Below, in pieces: positions 29,305-37,432 of a DNA stretch of 64,000 nt. This DNA comes from Burkholderiaceae bacterium (lineage in GTDB: Bacteria; Pseudomonadota; Gammaproteobacteria; Burkholderiales; Burkholderiaceae_E). The stretch lies in NCBI GenBank assembly GCA_045106815.1, contig JBGCFG010000005.1, forward strand, positions 30,507 through 94,506, written 5' to 3'. The notes under the pieces were generated by a model. It was not told the origin of the DNA, ran no database searches, and saw only the letters and a list, made by a program, of their open reading frames with translations. A program made the translations under genes and the position numbers. Position 1 is the stretch's first letter. Each line of letters begins with the position of its first letter.

Positions 29305-29335
29305 ATTGATGTCAATATTGATTAAATTGATCAAT
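29305..29335. promoter_or_regulatory. Cluster of ATTGA/TCAAT inverted repeats (putative operator) in the divergent intergenic region
   Basis: ATTGA-tg-TCAAT lies at 29305..29316, a third ATTGA at 29317, and the perfect 10-bp palindrome ATTGATCAAT at 29326..29335. The cluster sits in the 111-bp gap between the genes starting at 29255 (minus) and 29367 (plus). Confidence 0.5.
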
Positions 29336-29366
29336 GTAAAGTCAACACAATGGACGGAGTACCGGG

Positions 29367-30548
29367 ATGAATACCTGGATAACGGCGAAACAAGCATTGG
29401 CCAAACTCGGTATCAAGCCGCAATCGCTGTATGCCAATGTCAGCCGGGGCCGCATTCGCGCAAAACCTGACGCAAGGGACTCACGACGATCGCTCTACCA
29501 CCGCCAAGATGTCGAGCAGGTAGCAAAACGCAGAGCTGGGCGACAGTCGCAAAATACCGTGGCCGCGGAAACCATTCGCTGGGGTGCGCCCCTGCTGTCT
29601 TCAAGCATTACCGCCGTGATTGACGGCCAGTTGTTCTATCGCGGCCAAAATGTCGTGGCCCTTGCCGAACACGCAGCATTCGAACAAGTTTGCGAGTGCT
29701 TATGGATGACCAAGAATGTTCGCTTTGAACTAAGCAAGCGCGCGCAAACATCAAAGGGCTTTGAGTTGGATAGCCCTGTCGTTGATAGCTCACTAGTCGT
29801 CCTGGCTCGGCTGGCCAGCCAAACAAACCCGTGCCTCGGTCGGTCAAATCGCGTGCTGATTGAAGAAGCGACCATGATCATCCACCAGGTCATCAATGCC
29901 ATTATTGGCGAGCACGACACTAGCGACACGCCGGTTCATCTACGCCTGGCCAACGCCTGGTCGGCGCCGCAAGCAGCAAACGCTATTCGATGTGCGCTTG
30001 TTCTGCTGGCCGATCACGAACTCAATGCGTCCACGTTTGCCACTCGCGTGGCCATCTCAACTGGTGCGCCCCTGGCTGCGGGTTTGCTGGCGGGGCTAAG
30101 CACGCTCCTGGGACCCCGCCACGGGGGCGCAGCACACGCCATGCAGCAACTCGTTCAGCTGTCGTTGGCAACAAGTGCCCAAAGCGCTCTGCAGGCGACG
30201 CTTAATTCGGGCCTGCCGCTATCGGCGTTTGGTCATCCCTTGTACCCCGAGGGCGATCCGCGAGCCCGAGCTTTGATCCAGACATTCGATTTGCCGCTGG
30301 TCTTTGCTGAGCTGGAAGCGCTGGCAACCGACCTCACGGGTGAACGCGCCAACATCGATTTTGCGCTAACTGCCGTCGCCTACGCTCACGGTCTGCCGCC
30401 AGACGCTCCGTTTAAGATCTTCGCCACGGCGAGGCTTGCCGGTTGGGTCGCCCATGCGCTTGAACAGAATCACACCGGCAAGCTCATTCGGCCACGCGCT
30501 CAATATGTTGGACTTGCTCCGCCGGCCGAGCCGATCGCAAGTCTATGA
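29367..30548 (+). CDS. Citrate synthase-family protein with N-terminal excisionase/MerR-type helix-turn-helix
   Basis: The N-terminus, MNTWITAKQALAKLGIKPQSLYANVSRGRIRAK..., is an HTH. The C-terminal 330 aa are citrate-synthase-like. They carry GPRHGGA, AFGHPLYPEGDPRA and ANIDFAL, which correspond to the GPxHGGA, GFGHRVY..DPRA and NVDF catalytic His/His/Asp motifs of GltA. Confidence 0.7.
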   Translation: MNTWITAKQALAKLGIKPQSLYANVSRGRIRAKPDARDSRRSLYHRQDVEQVAKRRAGRQSQNTVAAETIRWGAPLLSSSITAVIDGQLFYRGQNVVALAEHAAFEQVCECLWMTKNVRFELSKRAQTSKGFELDSPVVDSSLVVLARLASQTNPCLGRSNRVLIEEATMIIHQVINAIIGEHDTSDTPVHLRLANAWSAPQAANAIRCALVLLADHELNASTFATRVAISTGAPLAAGLLAGLSTLLGPRHGGAAHAMQQLVQLSLATSAQSALQATLNSGLPLSAFGHPLYPEGDPRARALIQTFDLPLVFAELEALATDLTGERANIDFALTAVAYAHGLPPDAPFKIFATARLAGWVAHALEQNHTGKLIRPRAQYVGLAPPAEPIASL

Positions 30549-30599
30549 CTTAGCCCTTAACCTTGATTAACAGGGCAGCGTCCATTGCTCAGCCCAAAA

Positions 30600-30637
30600 G
30601 CACGGAAATGCACGGAAATCGACGCAATTACGCAATT
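30600..30637. repeat. Short tandem direct repeats upstream of the BMP lipoprotein gene
   Basis: GCACGGAAAT occurs twice (30600..30619), followed by CGACGCAATT and ACGCAATT (30620..30637). The repeats lie about 100 nt upstream of the ATG at 30739. Confidence 0.5.
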
Positions 30638-30738
30638 CACACGGCACAATATGCCGCTTTAAAGCCTGAGGCGATCTACGCTCACGAGAAGCAAAGCGTC
30701 GATCTCACTCAACCCCAACCTTGCCTGGAGAAACCCGG

Positions 30739-32199
30739 ATGACAGATCGATTCATGGATCGCTTTGCAAAGACCCCTGCCGTATTGCGCGCGCTCGTACT
30801 TGGCGCCCTCGTCACACTGGCCGCCTGTAGCCAGGAAGATCAGGACAAGGCAGCGGAGCAGGTCATGACGACCGCCGAAAAAACGAAGCAAGCCGCCGAG
30901 CAAGCCGTGGATTCAGCTAAAGAAACCGTAAACACAGCGACTGAAGCTGTGAAGGAATCTGCGGCCGGCATGGGCGATAAAGCAAAAGACATGGCCGATA
31001 AGGCGGCCGACACGGTGACAGAAACCGCCGAGAGTGCGGCTGAGCGCGCCAAAGAGTCAACCGCCGCGGTAACCGAGAAAGCCAAAGAAATGGCTGATAC
31101 CGCAACGCAGAAAGCTGGCGCTGCCGCCACCGCGGTTGCCGCTGCGGCCGCCGGTGCGACGGGCACTGGCACGAGCGCAGCCGGTAGTGCTGATGCAATT
31201 AAAGCTGCCTGGGTCTACATCGGCCCGGTTGGCGACGGTGGCTGGACATTTGCGCATGACAATGGCCGAAAAGCCGCCCAGGAAGCGATGGGCGACAAAA
31301 TGGTCTCCAGCTTTGTTGAAAGCGTGCCTGAATCTGCAGATGCAGAGCGGGTACTTCGAGACCTCGCTGTGCAGGGGAACCAGGTTATCTTTGGGACCAC
31401 GTTCGGCTACATGGAGTCAATGCGCAAACTAGCGAAAGAGTTTCCGGATGTCCGTTGGGAGCATGCCACCGGCTATAAGACAGCCGAGAATATGCGTACC
31501 TTTGACTCTCGTACCTATCAAGGCGCCTACATGGCCGGCGTGATTGCGGGCGCTATGACCAAGTCCAACACGCTGGGGGTGGTTGGCTCAATCCCCATTC
31601 CAGAAGTCATTCGCAACATCAACTCGTTTACGATGGGTGCGCAGTCTATGAACCCGGACATTTCAACCAAGGTTGTCTGGGTAAACAAGTGGTTTGATCC
31701 ACCGCGTGAAGCCGAAGCGGCTCAGTCACTGCTTGATCAAGGCGCCGACGTTTTGTTCCAGAACACCGATTCATCTGCCGTTTTGCAAACCGCGCAGAAG
31801 GCAGGAAAGTTTGCGTTTGGCTGGGATAGCGATATGACAGCCTACGGCCCGGAGGCCCATCTGGCGTCGGCGATCATTAACTGGGGTCCGTACTACACCC
31901 AGGCCATGACACAGGTTGCTGAAGGAACCTGGGAAACCGGCAGCTCATGGTGGGGGGTCGCCGAGGGGGCAATTGACATCGTGTCGATCTCAGACAAGGT
32001 CCCCGCTGAGGTCAAAACAAAAGTCGATGGCATTCGCGCTGGCCTCAAAGGAGGCATCTTCAAGATTTGGAAAGGCCCATTAATGGATTCCACCGGCAAA
32101 GAAGTTCTCGCTGATGGCGTGGTGGCCGATGATAAGTTCTTAAGTGGTGTGAACTTCTATGTCAAAGGCGTAGAGGGGCAGGTTCCAACCGGCGGCTAG
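30739..32199 (+). CDS. BMP-family (Med/PnrA-like) ABC substrate-binding lipoprotein with a long N-terminal Ala/Lys/Glu repeat linker
   Basis: It has the lipobox LVTLAAC. About 130 aa of amphipathic repeats follow (AEKTKQAAEQAVDSAKETVNTATEAVKESAAG..DKAKDMADKAADTV..). The BMP core then reads AAWVYIGPVGDGGWTFAHDNGRK...FGTTFGYM... Confidence 0.75.
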   Translation: MTDRFMDRFAKTPAVLRALVLGALVTLAACSQEDQDKAAEQVMTTAEKTKQAAEQAVDSAKETVNTATEAVKESAAGMGDKAKDMADKAADTVTETAESAAERAKESTAAVTEKAKEMADTATQKAGAAATAVAAAAAGATGTGTSAAGSADAIKAAWVYIGPVGDGGWTFAHDNGRKAAQEAMGDKMVSSFVESVPESADAERVLRDLAVQGNQVIFGTTFGYMESMRKLAKEFPDVRWEHATGYKTAENMRTFDSRTYQGAYMAGVIAGAMTKSNTLGVVGSIPIPEVIRNINSFTMGAQSMNPDISTKVVWVNKWFDPPREAEAAQSLLDQGADVLFQNTDSSAVLQTAQKAGKFAFGWDSDMTAYGPEAHLASAIINWGPYYTQAMTQVAEGTWETGSSWWGVAEGAIDIVSISDKVPAEVKTKVDGIRAGLKGGIFKIWKGPLMDSTGKEVLADGVVADDKFLSGVNFYVKGVEGQVPTGG

Positions 32200-32240
32200 T
32201 GGGTCGTACGCGTTTCAGCGGGGCATAGCGCCCATACAGC

Positions 32241-32272
32241 ATGGCCAGTCTGCGAATTCACAGACTGGCCAT
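32241..32272. terminator. Perfect 12-bp hairpin between convergent genes
   Basis: ATGGCCAGTCTG-cgaattca-CAGACTGGCCAT lies immediately after both convergent stops (32199 and 32275). It has no strong U-tract. Confidence 0.5.
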
Positions 32273-32274
32273 GT

Positions 32275-33330
32275 TCATTTGGTCTGCTGCTTAATGAGAG
32301 TGCGCGCACCATCAAGCAAGGTTTGGCCGTCATAGCCCAGTTCTTTAAGTTCTTCGAGCCAGACCTGATCCACTTTCAGTGAAGCTTTGCGAAAAGCCTG
32401 CGCAGCCTCCTCATCAATGACGGTGAGCGCGCCTGGTTCAGTACCGCCGAGCAGCCGATTGCGTTGGGCACTGGCATGTTCCTGCTCAACAGTCCCGAAC
32501 TCGGCCGACAGTTCCGACCCGGTGTTGGCATCAACAATTGCCTTTAGGTCATCGGGCAATGAGTCGTACCGAGTGGGATTCATCGCCAGCAAAAAGGTCC
32601 GGGTGAACAAGGCGCCGGTCTTCGCACCAAATACGGTATGGCGTTGAATGAACCGCTCAGCCCTAAGCGGACCGGCTGAATCCCAGGTATCGATAAGTCC
32701 GTCAATCGCCCCTTCACTTAGGGCCTGGGCCGTGTCCGTCTCAGTTGAATCCACCACTTGTGAACCGAGCAGTTCTGCATAAACTCCCATGAGTCTTGGT
32801 GTTGATTGCAGTCTTAGTCCCTTGAAGTCATCCACTCCCTGAATCGATTTACGTCGGGTGTGAACAACCCCCTCGCCCTGAACGCTCAGTCCGAGCAACT
32901 GAACGTCTTTGAATTCATCAGCAGCGTAGGTTTCAACATATTCCCACAACGCCCGCGATACCGCAGACGGTGTTGTCATCATAAACGGCAGTTCAAACAC
33001 CTCTATGCGATTGAACTGATTTTTTACTAAGTCCGTTCTGGCCCAAACAACGTCAACAGCACCGTTGCTGACTTGTTCATAAAGCTCGTCAGGCTCGCCT
33101 CCAAAACCCATCGCGGCGAAACGCTCGAACCGCAGGCGACCATTTGACTGGGTCTCGATTCGATCCATCCAAGGCTTGAGCATCATTTGCCATTGCATGG
33201 ATGATTCGGCAACATGAGTATGAAACTTGAGAACAACGGGCGGCTCCGGCGCAGGCGGTTGCTGCGCCAGGGCGCAAGCGGTCCACGCCGCGGCAAACAC
33301 TGCCGCCACTAGTTTTTCTTTTAAGCCCAT
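32275..33330 (-). CDS. TRAP transporter substrate-binding protein (DctP family), orphan
   Basis: It has a signal peptide (AAVFAAAWTACALA). The pattern is DctP-like: LKFHTHVAESSMQWQMMLKPWMDRIETQSNGRLRFE...ELPFMMT. No DctQ or DctM genes are present in the window. Confidence 0.7.
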   Translation of the reverse strand: MGLKEKLVAAVFAAAWTACALAQQPPAPEPPVVLKFHTHVAESSMQWQMMLKPWMDRIETQSNGRLRFERFAAMGFGGEPDELYEQVSNGAVDVVWARTDLVKNQFNRIEVFELPFMMTTPSAVSRALWEYVETYAADEFKDVQLLGLSVQGEGVVHTRRKSIQGVDDFKGLRLQSTPRLMGVYAELLGSQVVDSTETDTAQALSEGAIDGLIDTWDSAGPLRAERFIQRHTVFGAKTGALFTRTFLLAMNPTRYDSLPDDLKAIVDANTGSELSAEFGTVEQEHASAQRNRLLGGTEPGALTVIDEEAAQAFRKASLKVDQVWLEELKELGYDGQTLLDGARTLIKQQTK

Positions 33331-33474
33331 TGGCTTTTCTCACCTTCAATCCGCACGGCAGCCAGCCTCCCACCTCACGGCGAAGGCATGCCCCTGTCCG
33401 ACAGATTTTTTGTTTTATTCCAGACCCTACAACTACTTCAACACCCTAACGGTTTACGGCAAAGGGTGGAAAAC

Positions 33475-33798
33475 TCAGGATTGCGTTTCCGGCATGCGTA
33501 CTGTCAATCCAGCCAGCGCCTCAGTCATTTCGATCTGACAAGACAAGCGGCTGTTGGCTTTTCGTTCGGAGGATGTTTGATCGAGCATCGTCACCTCATC
33601 TTCCGTGGCAGGCGGCAGTTTGTCGACCCACTCAGGCTCAACATAGACATGACAAGAGGCACATGACAAACACCCGCCGCACATCCCTTCAATACCATCC
33701 AAACCATCAAAAACAGCGGCCATCATGACCGAGTTACCAGGTTCGACTTCCAGAGTCGTGGAAGTGCCATCGTGAGCGATATAAATTACGTCTGCCAT
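33475..33798 (-). CDS. [2Fe-2S] ferredoxin, adrenodoxin/putidaredoxin type
   Basis: It has the MCGGCLSCASCHV motif (Cx5CxxC) plus the distal SRLSCQI cysteine. It is 107 aa long. Confidence 0.85.
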   Translation of the reverse strand: MADVIYIAHDGTSTTLEVEPGNSVMMAAVFDGLDGIEGMCGGCLSCASCHVYVEPEWVDKLPPATEDEVTMLDQTSSERKANSRLSCQIEMTEALAGLTVRMPETQS

Positions 33799-33822
33799 TG
33801 CTTTCGTTAGACCATTGCCAAA

Positions 33823-35274
33823 TCAGAAAAGATCAAAGTACTCCCGCTGCTCCCACTCAGTAACTTCTAGATGGAACCGCGCAAGCTCAAACTGCTTCAA
33901 TTGCGAATAGTAGTCGATAAATTCCTGACCAAACGCTTTTGAATAAAAGGGATCATCTGCCAGGGCGGCCAATGCCTGGTCCAGTGTTCTGGGTAGCAGC
34001 GGGTATTCGGACGCATAAGGCTCATCAGCACTCGCGCCCGGGTCCGCCTGCTGCGCGATTCCCTCAAGGCCTGCCGCCAGCTGTGAAGCAAGATAAAGGT
34101 ATGGGTTCGCCGCCGGCTCCCCTACTCTGTTTTCAATACGAGTGGCTGGATCTTCGCCGCCCCCAACCACGCGCAGCATTGCGCCGCGATTGTCTCGGCC
34201 CCAGTTGATCCGTTCAGGCGCCAGCGCATTCGGTCTATAGCGGCGATAACCATTGATTGTTGGCGTCGCAAAGACCGTCCCCGCCGCCGCATGGCGAACA
34301 AGCCCCCCCAGGTAATGGTGCCCGCTGGCAGCCAGGCCAGAAGCCAATGGCTTCGGATCACAAAACACATTACGACCTGAATCGAGCGAAATCAGTGACT
34401 GATGCAGGTGCCAACCGCTTGACATCGCATGCGGCAGAGCCGGCCGGCACATAAAGCTGATGTGATAACCGTGACGCTGCATGATTTGTTTGGCAGCATG
34501 CCTGAACTGCAGCATCGTGTCTGCGCCAGCTAACGCATCCTGCGGCCCGAAAACAAACTCAAGCTGGCTTGGACCAAGCTCAACCTCAACAGACTCGAGC
34601 GGCAAGCCCATGGCTATCAGGGGCTCTGTTAGCAGATCGACAACGGGCTCAAGCTTGTCGTAGCGTTGCTCTGACAACAGGCGATACCCCATTGACAGCG
34701 GGTTCACAGCGGGCGCGGCACCCGGCCAGCCAAGATCAGTCACATCAATCGCTTGCCCGGCCAGTCTGAACAAATGGCATTCAACCTCAAGCCCAACCCG
34801 CATTTGATAAGACTGCCGATGTGCCGACTCAAGACACCGTTGCAACACGCCGCGTGTATCAAACGGCACCAACTGACCCCTTCGCTCGCCCCGGTAGAAG
34901 TAGGGCTGACACTGTACCCAGCCTGAGCCCGGTGACCAGGGCAATTCAACGAAACTCAAGGGATCGGCAACGAGTAAAACGTCGGCTGCCCCTTCAAAGT
35001 CTTCGCTGCCAAAGCCGGCGCCCCGGGTAAACACAGCCTGTGTAGTTCGATCCGAACTATCTTTAAGCAGATTCGTCCCGACAAAACCCACTCCATTCTC
35101 TAGCGCAGCTTCTGCTCGCTGGGCGAACAATGCTTTACCGCGAACCAGTCCGTGCTGATCTGCCCAGCCAAAGCGAAGCCTCTTTAGTTCGCCATTGCGA
35201 AGGCGAGCTGACAGTCGCTTAGCCGCATCCTGCGCCTCGTCGGTCCATAACTGGTGACTCTGGACAAAACTCAT
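33823..35274 (-). CDS. Glutamine synthetase-family ligase (gamma-glutamyl-amine synthetase-like)
   Basis: This 483-aa protein has a GS beta-grasp plus catalytic domain pattern (FGWADQHG..., EVELGPSQLEF, SFMCRP...SSGWHLHQSL, NRGAMLRV, RIENRVGEPAANPY). It lies in an operon with an oxygenase, not with nitrogen-regulation genes. Confidence 0.8.
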   Translation of the reverse strand: MSFVQSHQLWTDEAQDAAKRLSARLRNGELKRLRFGWADQHGLVRGKALFAQRAEAALENGVGFVGTNLLKDSSDRTTQAVFTRGAGFGSEDFEGAADVLLVADPLSFVELPWSPGSGWVQCQPYFYRGERRGQLVPFDTRGVLQRCLESAHRQSYQMRVGLEVECHLFRLAGQAIDVTDLGWPGAAPAVNPLSMGYRLLSEQRYDKLEPVVDLLTEPLIAMGLPLESVEVELGPSQLEFVFGPQDALAGADTMLQFRHAAKQIMQRHGYHISFMCRPALPHAMSSGWHLHQSLISLDSGRNVFCDPKPLASGLAASGHHYLGGLVRHAAAGTVFATPTINGYRRYRPNALAPERINWGRDNRGAMLRVVGGGEDPATRIENRVGEPAANPYLYLASQLAAGLEGIAQQADPGASADEPYASEYPLLPRTLDQALAALADDPFYSKAFGQEFIDYYSQLKQFELARFHLEVTEWEQREYFDLF

Positions 35275-35285
35275 TGACTAACGGC

Positions 35286-36647
35286 TCATTGACTTAGGGT
35301 CTTGGTCTTGCTGGTCGTATCGAGGGCCCAGGGTGCGTTCATCCGGCGACGCTCATCAACGGCTTGCCACTGAGTCCTTAACTCAGCGGCGCCGCCGGTG
35401 CACACACCATCCATGGTCGCCGGACCGGTGACATTAGGCAGACTCTCTGTGCCCATAAAGCCCGGTGGCAAGGCCTTATCTTCCACGGCTTGCATGGCCT
35501 TAAGCAATTGACGACGGTTGGCCATGATGGCTTTGTCGGTTGTGCCTAGATGCTCTCTCGTGCGATCAGCGATGGGTCCTGGCGACTCTACAGCCCACTG
35601 GTCGTGCACATTGATATCTTCGCCCATACCGGTGTATGTCCGACTGTCTTGCTCTGCCGCAGAAAAGCCGTACCGGTTGTGTGCGCCGGTGATTGGTGCG
35701 TAATCAGGCAGGCGATGCATGGCAAGTCTTTGCGCGAGCATCGTGGCTTTGTCTACAGGCTCTGCGAAACTCGTGAACAGGGTAAACCAGTAGGTATGAG
35801 TGTCATCGACGGGCACATGCCACTGCGTGATCGTCATCGTCTCTGAGAGCGGCAAGACGATCGCATTAGGAAACAGGCCATTGGTCACGCGCACATGGGT
35901 TTTGCCCTCACCCAAATTTCGAAGCGTCGTAAGGCGCAAGCCAAAGTCGGTTGGCTCTACCTGAATCTCGGGTCGGTCAAACTGCCTGAGCACTTCAATC
36001 ATGGTGAGTTCTGAGTTGGCAGACTCACTGCGAAATTGTTTGCCATAGGCCTCTTCTTGCTCACCGTCCTCAAAGAAGCGATGCAAAAATGAGGCATGCG
36101 CCGGATCTATGCCTACTTCATGCGCCTGCAGCCAGTTGCAATGCCACAGGCCCTTGAACGCAAAAACATGCGAGTCTGGCGCTACAAAGCAATCAAGCGC
36201 AGGCAAAGGCGCCGGCGTTTGGTCACCCAACCAGGCGAAGATGGCGCCGTTTCGCTCGGTGACCGGATACGCTGTCTGTTGGATCCGCTCGCACAGCTTG
36301 CTTCCGAAAGGCTCTGCCGGTGTTTCAAGACACTTACCGGTGCTGTCAAACAACCAACCATGAAACGGACACCGCAACCCACCCGCTTCAAGCCGCCCGT
36401 AAGACAGGTCAGCACCCCGATGTGGGCACGCCCGATCCAGCAAAGCCGGCTCACCCTGCTCATCGCGGAACAAAACAAGGTTTTGGCCAAGCAAGCGCAC
36501 GGGGATGACAGGACGTTTGACGCCGTTTTGTAGTGCGTCCAACTCGCTACTGAGCGCAACGGGATGCCAATAGTGCCGAAGTAGATGACCTCCGGGCGTA
36601 CCTAGGCCAACTTCAGTCAGTCGCTGGTTTTGTGAAGCCGAAATCAT
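35286..36647 (-). CDS. Rieske [2Fe-2S] non-heme iron oxygenase, alpha-subunit only (phthalate-family-like)
   Basis: The Rieske motif is CPHRGADLSYG...CPFHGWLF. A catalytic domain with a His-rich region follows (QAHEVGIDPAHASFLH). There is no beta subunit gene. Confidence 0.8.
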   Translation of the reverse strand: MISASQNQRLTEVGLGTPGGHLLRHYWHPVALSSELDALQNGVKRPVIPVRLLGQNLVLFRDEQGEPALLDRACPHRGADLSYGRLEAGGLRCPFHGWLFDSTGKCLETPAEPFGSKLCERIQQTAYPVTERNGAIFAWLGDQTPAPLPALDCFVAPDSHVFAFKGLWHCNWLQAHEVGIDPAHASFLHRFFEDGEQEEAYGKQFRSESANSELTMIEVLRQFDRPEIQVEPTDFGLRLTTLRNLGEGKTHVRVTNGLFPNAIVLPLSETMTITQWHVPVDDTHTYWFTLFTSFAEPVDKATMLAQRLAMHRLPDYAPITGAHNRYGFSAAEQDSRTYTGMGEDINVHDQWAVESPGPIADRTREHLGTTDKAIMANRRQLLKAMQAVEDKALPPGFMGTESLPNVTGPATMDGVCTGGAAELRTQWQAVDERRRMNAPWALDTTSKTKTLSQ

Positions 36648-36760
36648 GTAAGCGTTGCAGCGCCCATTGCTTGGGCCGTTCTTAACTTAGGGGCTCACAG
36701 GTTAGCACCGGCAGCCGGCCCTTCCCAGATCACGTCTGCAGCGATACCCGCAGCCTATGG

Positions 36761-37015
36761 CTAGTGCAACAACAATGGCTGCTGCATCAGTGACTCAAAA
36801 GTACTGAGGTAGTCATCAATTTCTTCTATCGAGGGCTCACCCTCGGTTAGCTGAGCAACATCTTCACGAAACCGTTCAGCCAATGCGCCACCAATGAAAA
36901 TTTCACGACGGGCGGCCTTGTCCATGATCTCAAACCCGACCTGGGCGGGGTTGGCATCGTCCATCAATTCAAACTCAACCACACAATAGATTGGACTGTT
37001 GTAGATCATGTTCAT
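36761..37015 (-). CDS. DUF3567-family small protein
   Basis: MNMIYNSPIYCVVEFEL... matches the N-terminus I recall for Burkholderiales DUF3567 proteins. The ATG at 37015 was chosen. Confidence 0.55.
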   Translation of the reverse strand: MNMIYNSPIYCVVEFELMDDANPAQVGFEIMDKAARREIFIGGALAERFREDVAQLTEGEPSIEEIDDYLSTFESLMQQPLLLH

Positions 37016-37432
37016 TAACTTCTCCAAATGGTGAGCCACAAAACTGTCGGCTACCGTCTAGTTCAGGCCTCGAACTGAGAAAACAAGCGCAGCGCCCGCA
37101 AATGCTTTTTTTGCGGGGATGTGACAGTAACGCTGAGCGCTTGATGCCGGTGCACATTTGTTCACGCTTAGGCGTGATTCGTTCAATCTCACCGCGCTAG
37201 CGGCTAGGGGGCGGCATAGATGACGGCACAATTCCGGCGCATTTCCGGCGAATTTGCCCTGAAACCCTAGGCGATAACCCGAAACAAAATGTAAACTCGA
37301 AGCAACTGTCTTCTGTAAGACAGGGCGACTTAAACAAGCGAGTGAGGAGCCATCTGGTGCCTCAGCGTATGCCCGCCGCGCCGATAGTGCGCGCCAATTT
37401 CGCCAGTTATTCACCTTTCCCAAGGACTAGCC

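Noticed and set aside
37058-37423. A 121-aa minus-strand ORF filling the gap upstream of the RTX gene.
   Set aside because: Its composition is Arg/Ala/Ser-rich. It has no RBS and no motifs, and it spans hairpins and probable promoter sequence. I treat it as non-coding.
37290-37432. A c-di-GMP (GEMM-I) riboswitch upstream of the RTX/adhesin-like gene.
   Set aside because: Only the heptamer ACAGGGC matches the conserved CACAGGGCAAACC segment. The second conserved GGGACGCAAAGCC-type segment and the paired helices are not present.
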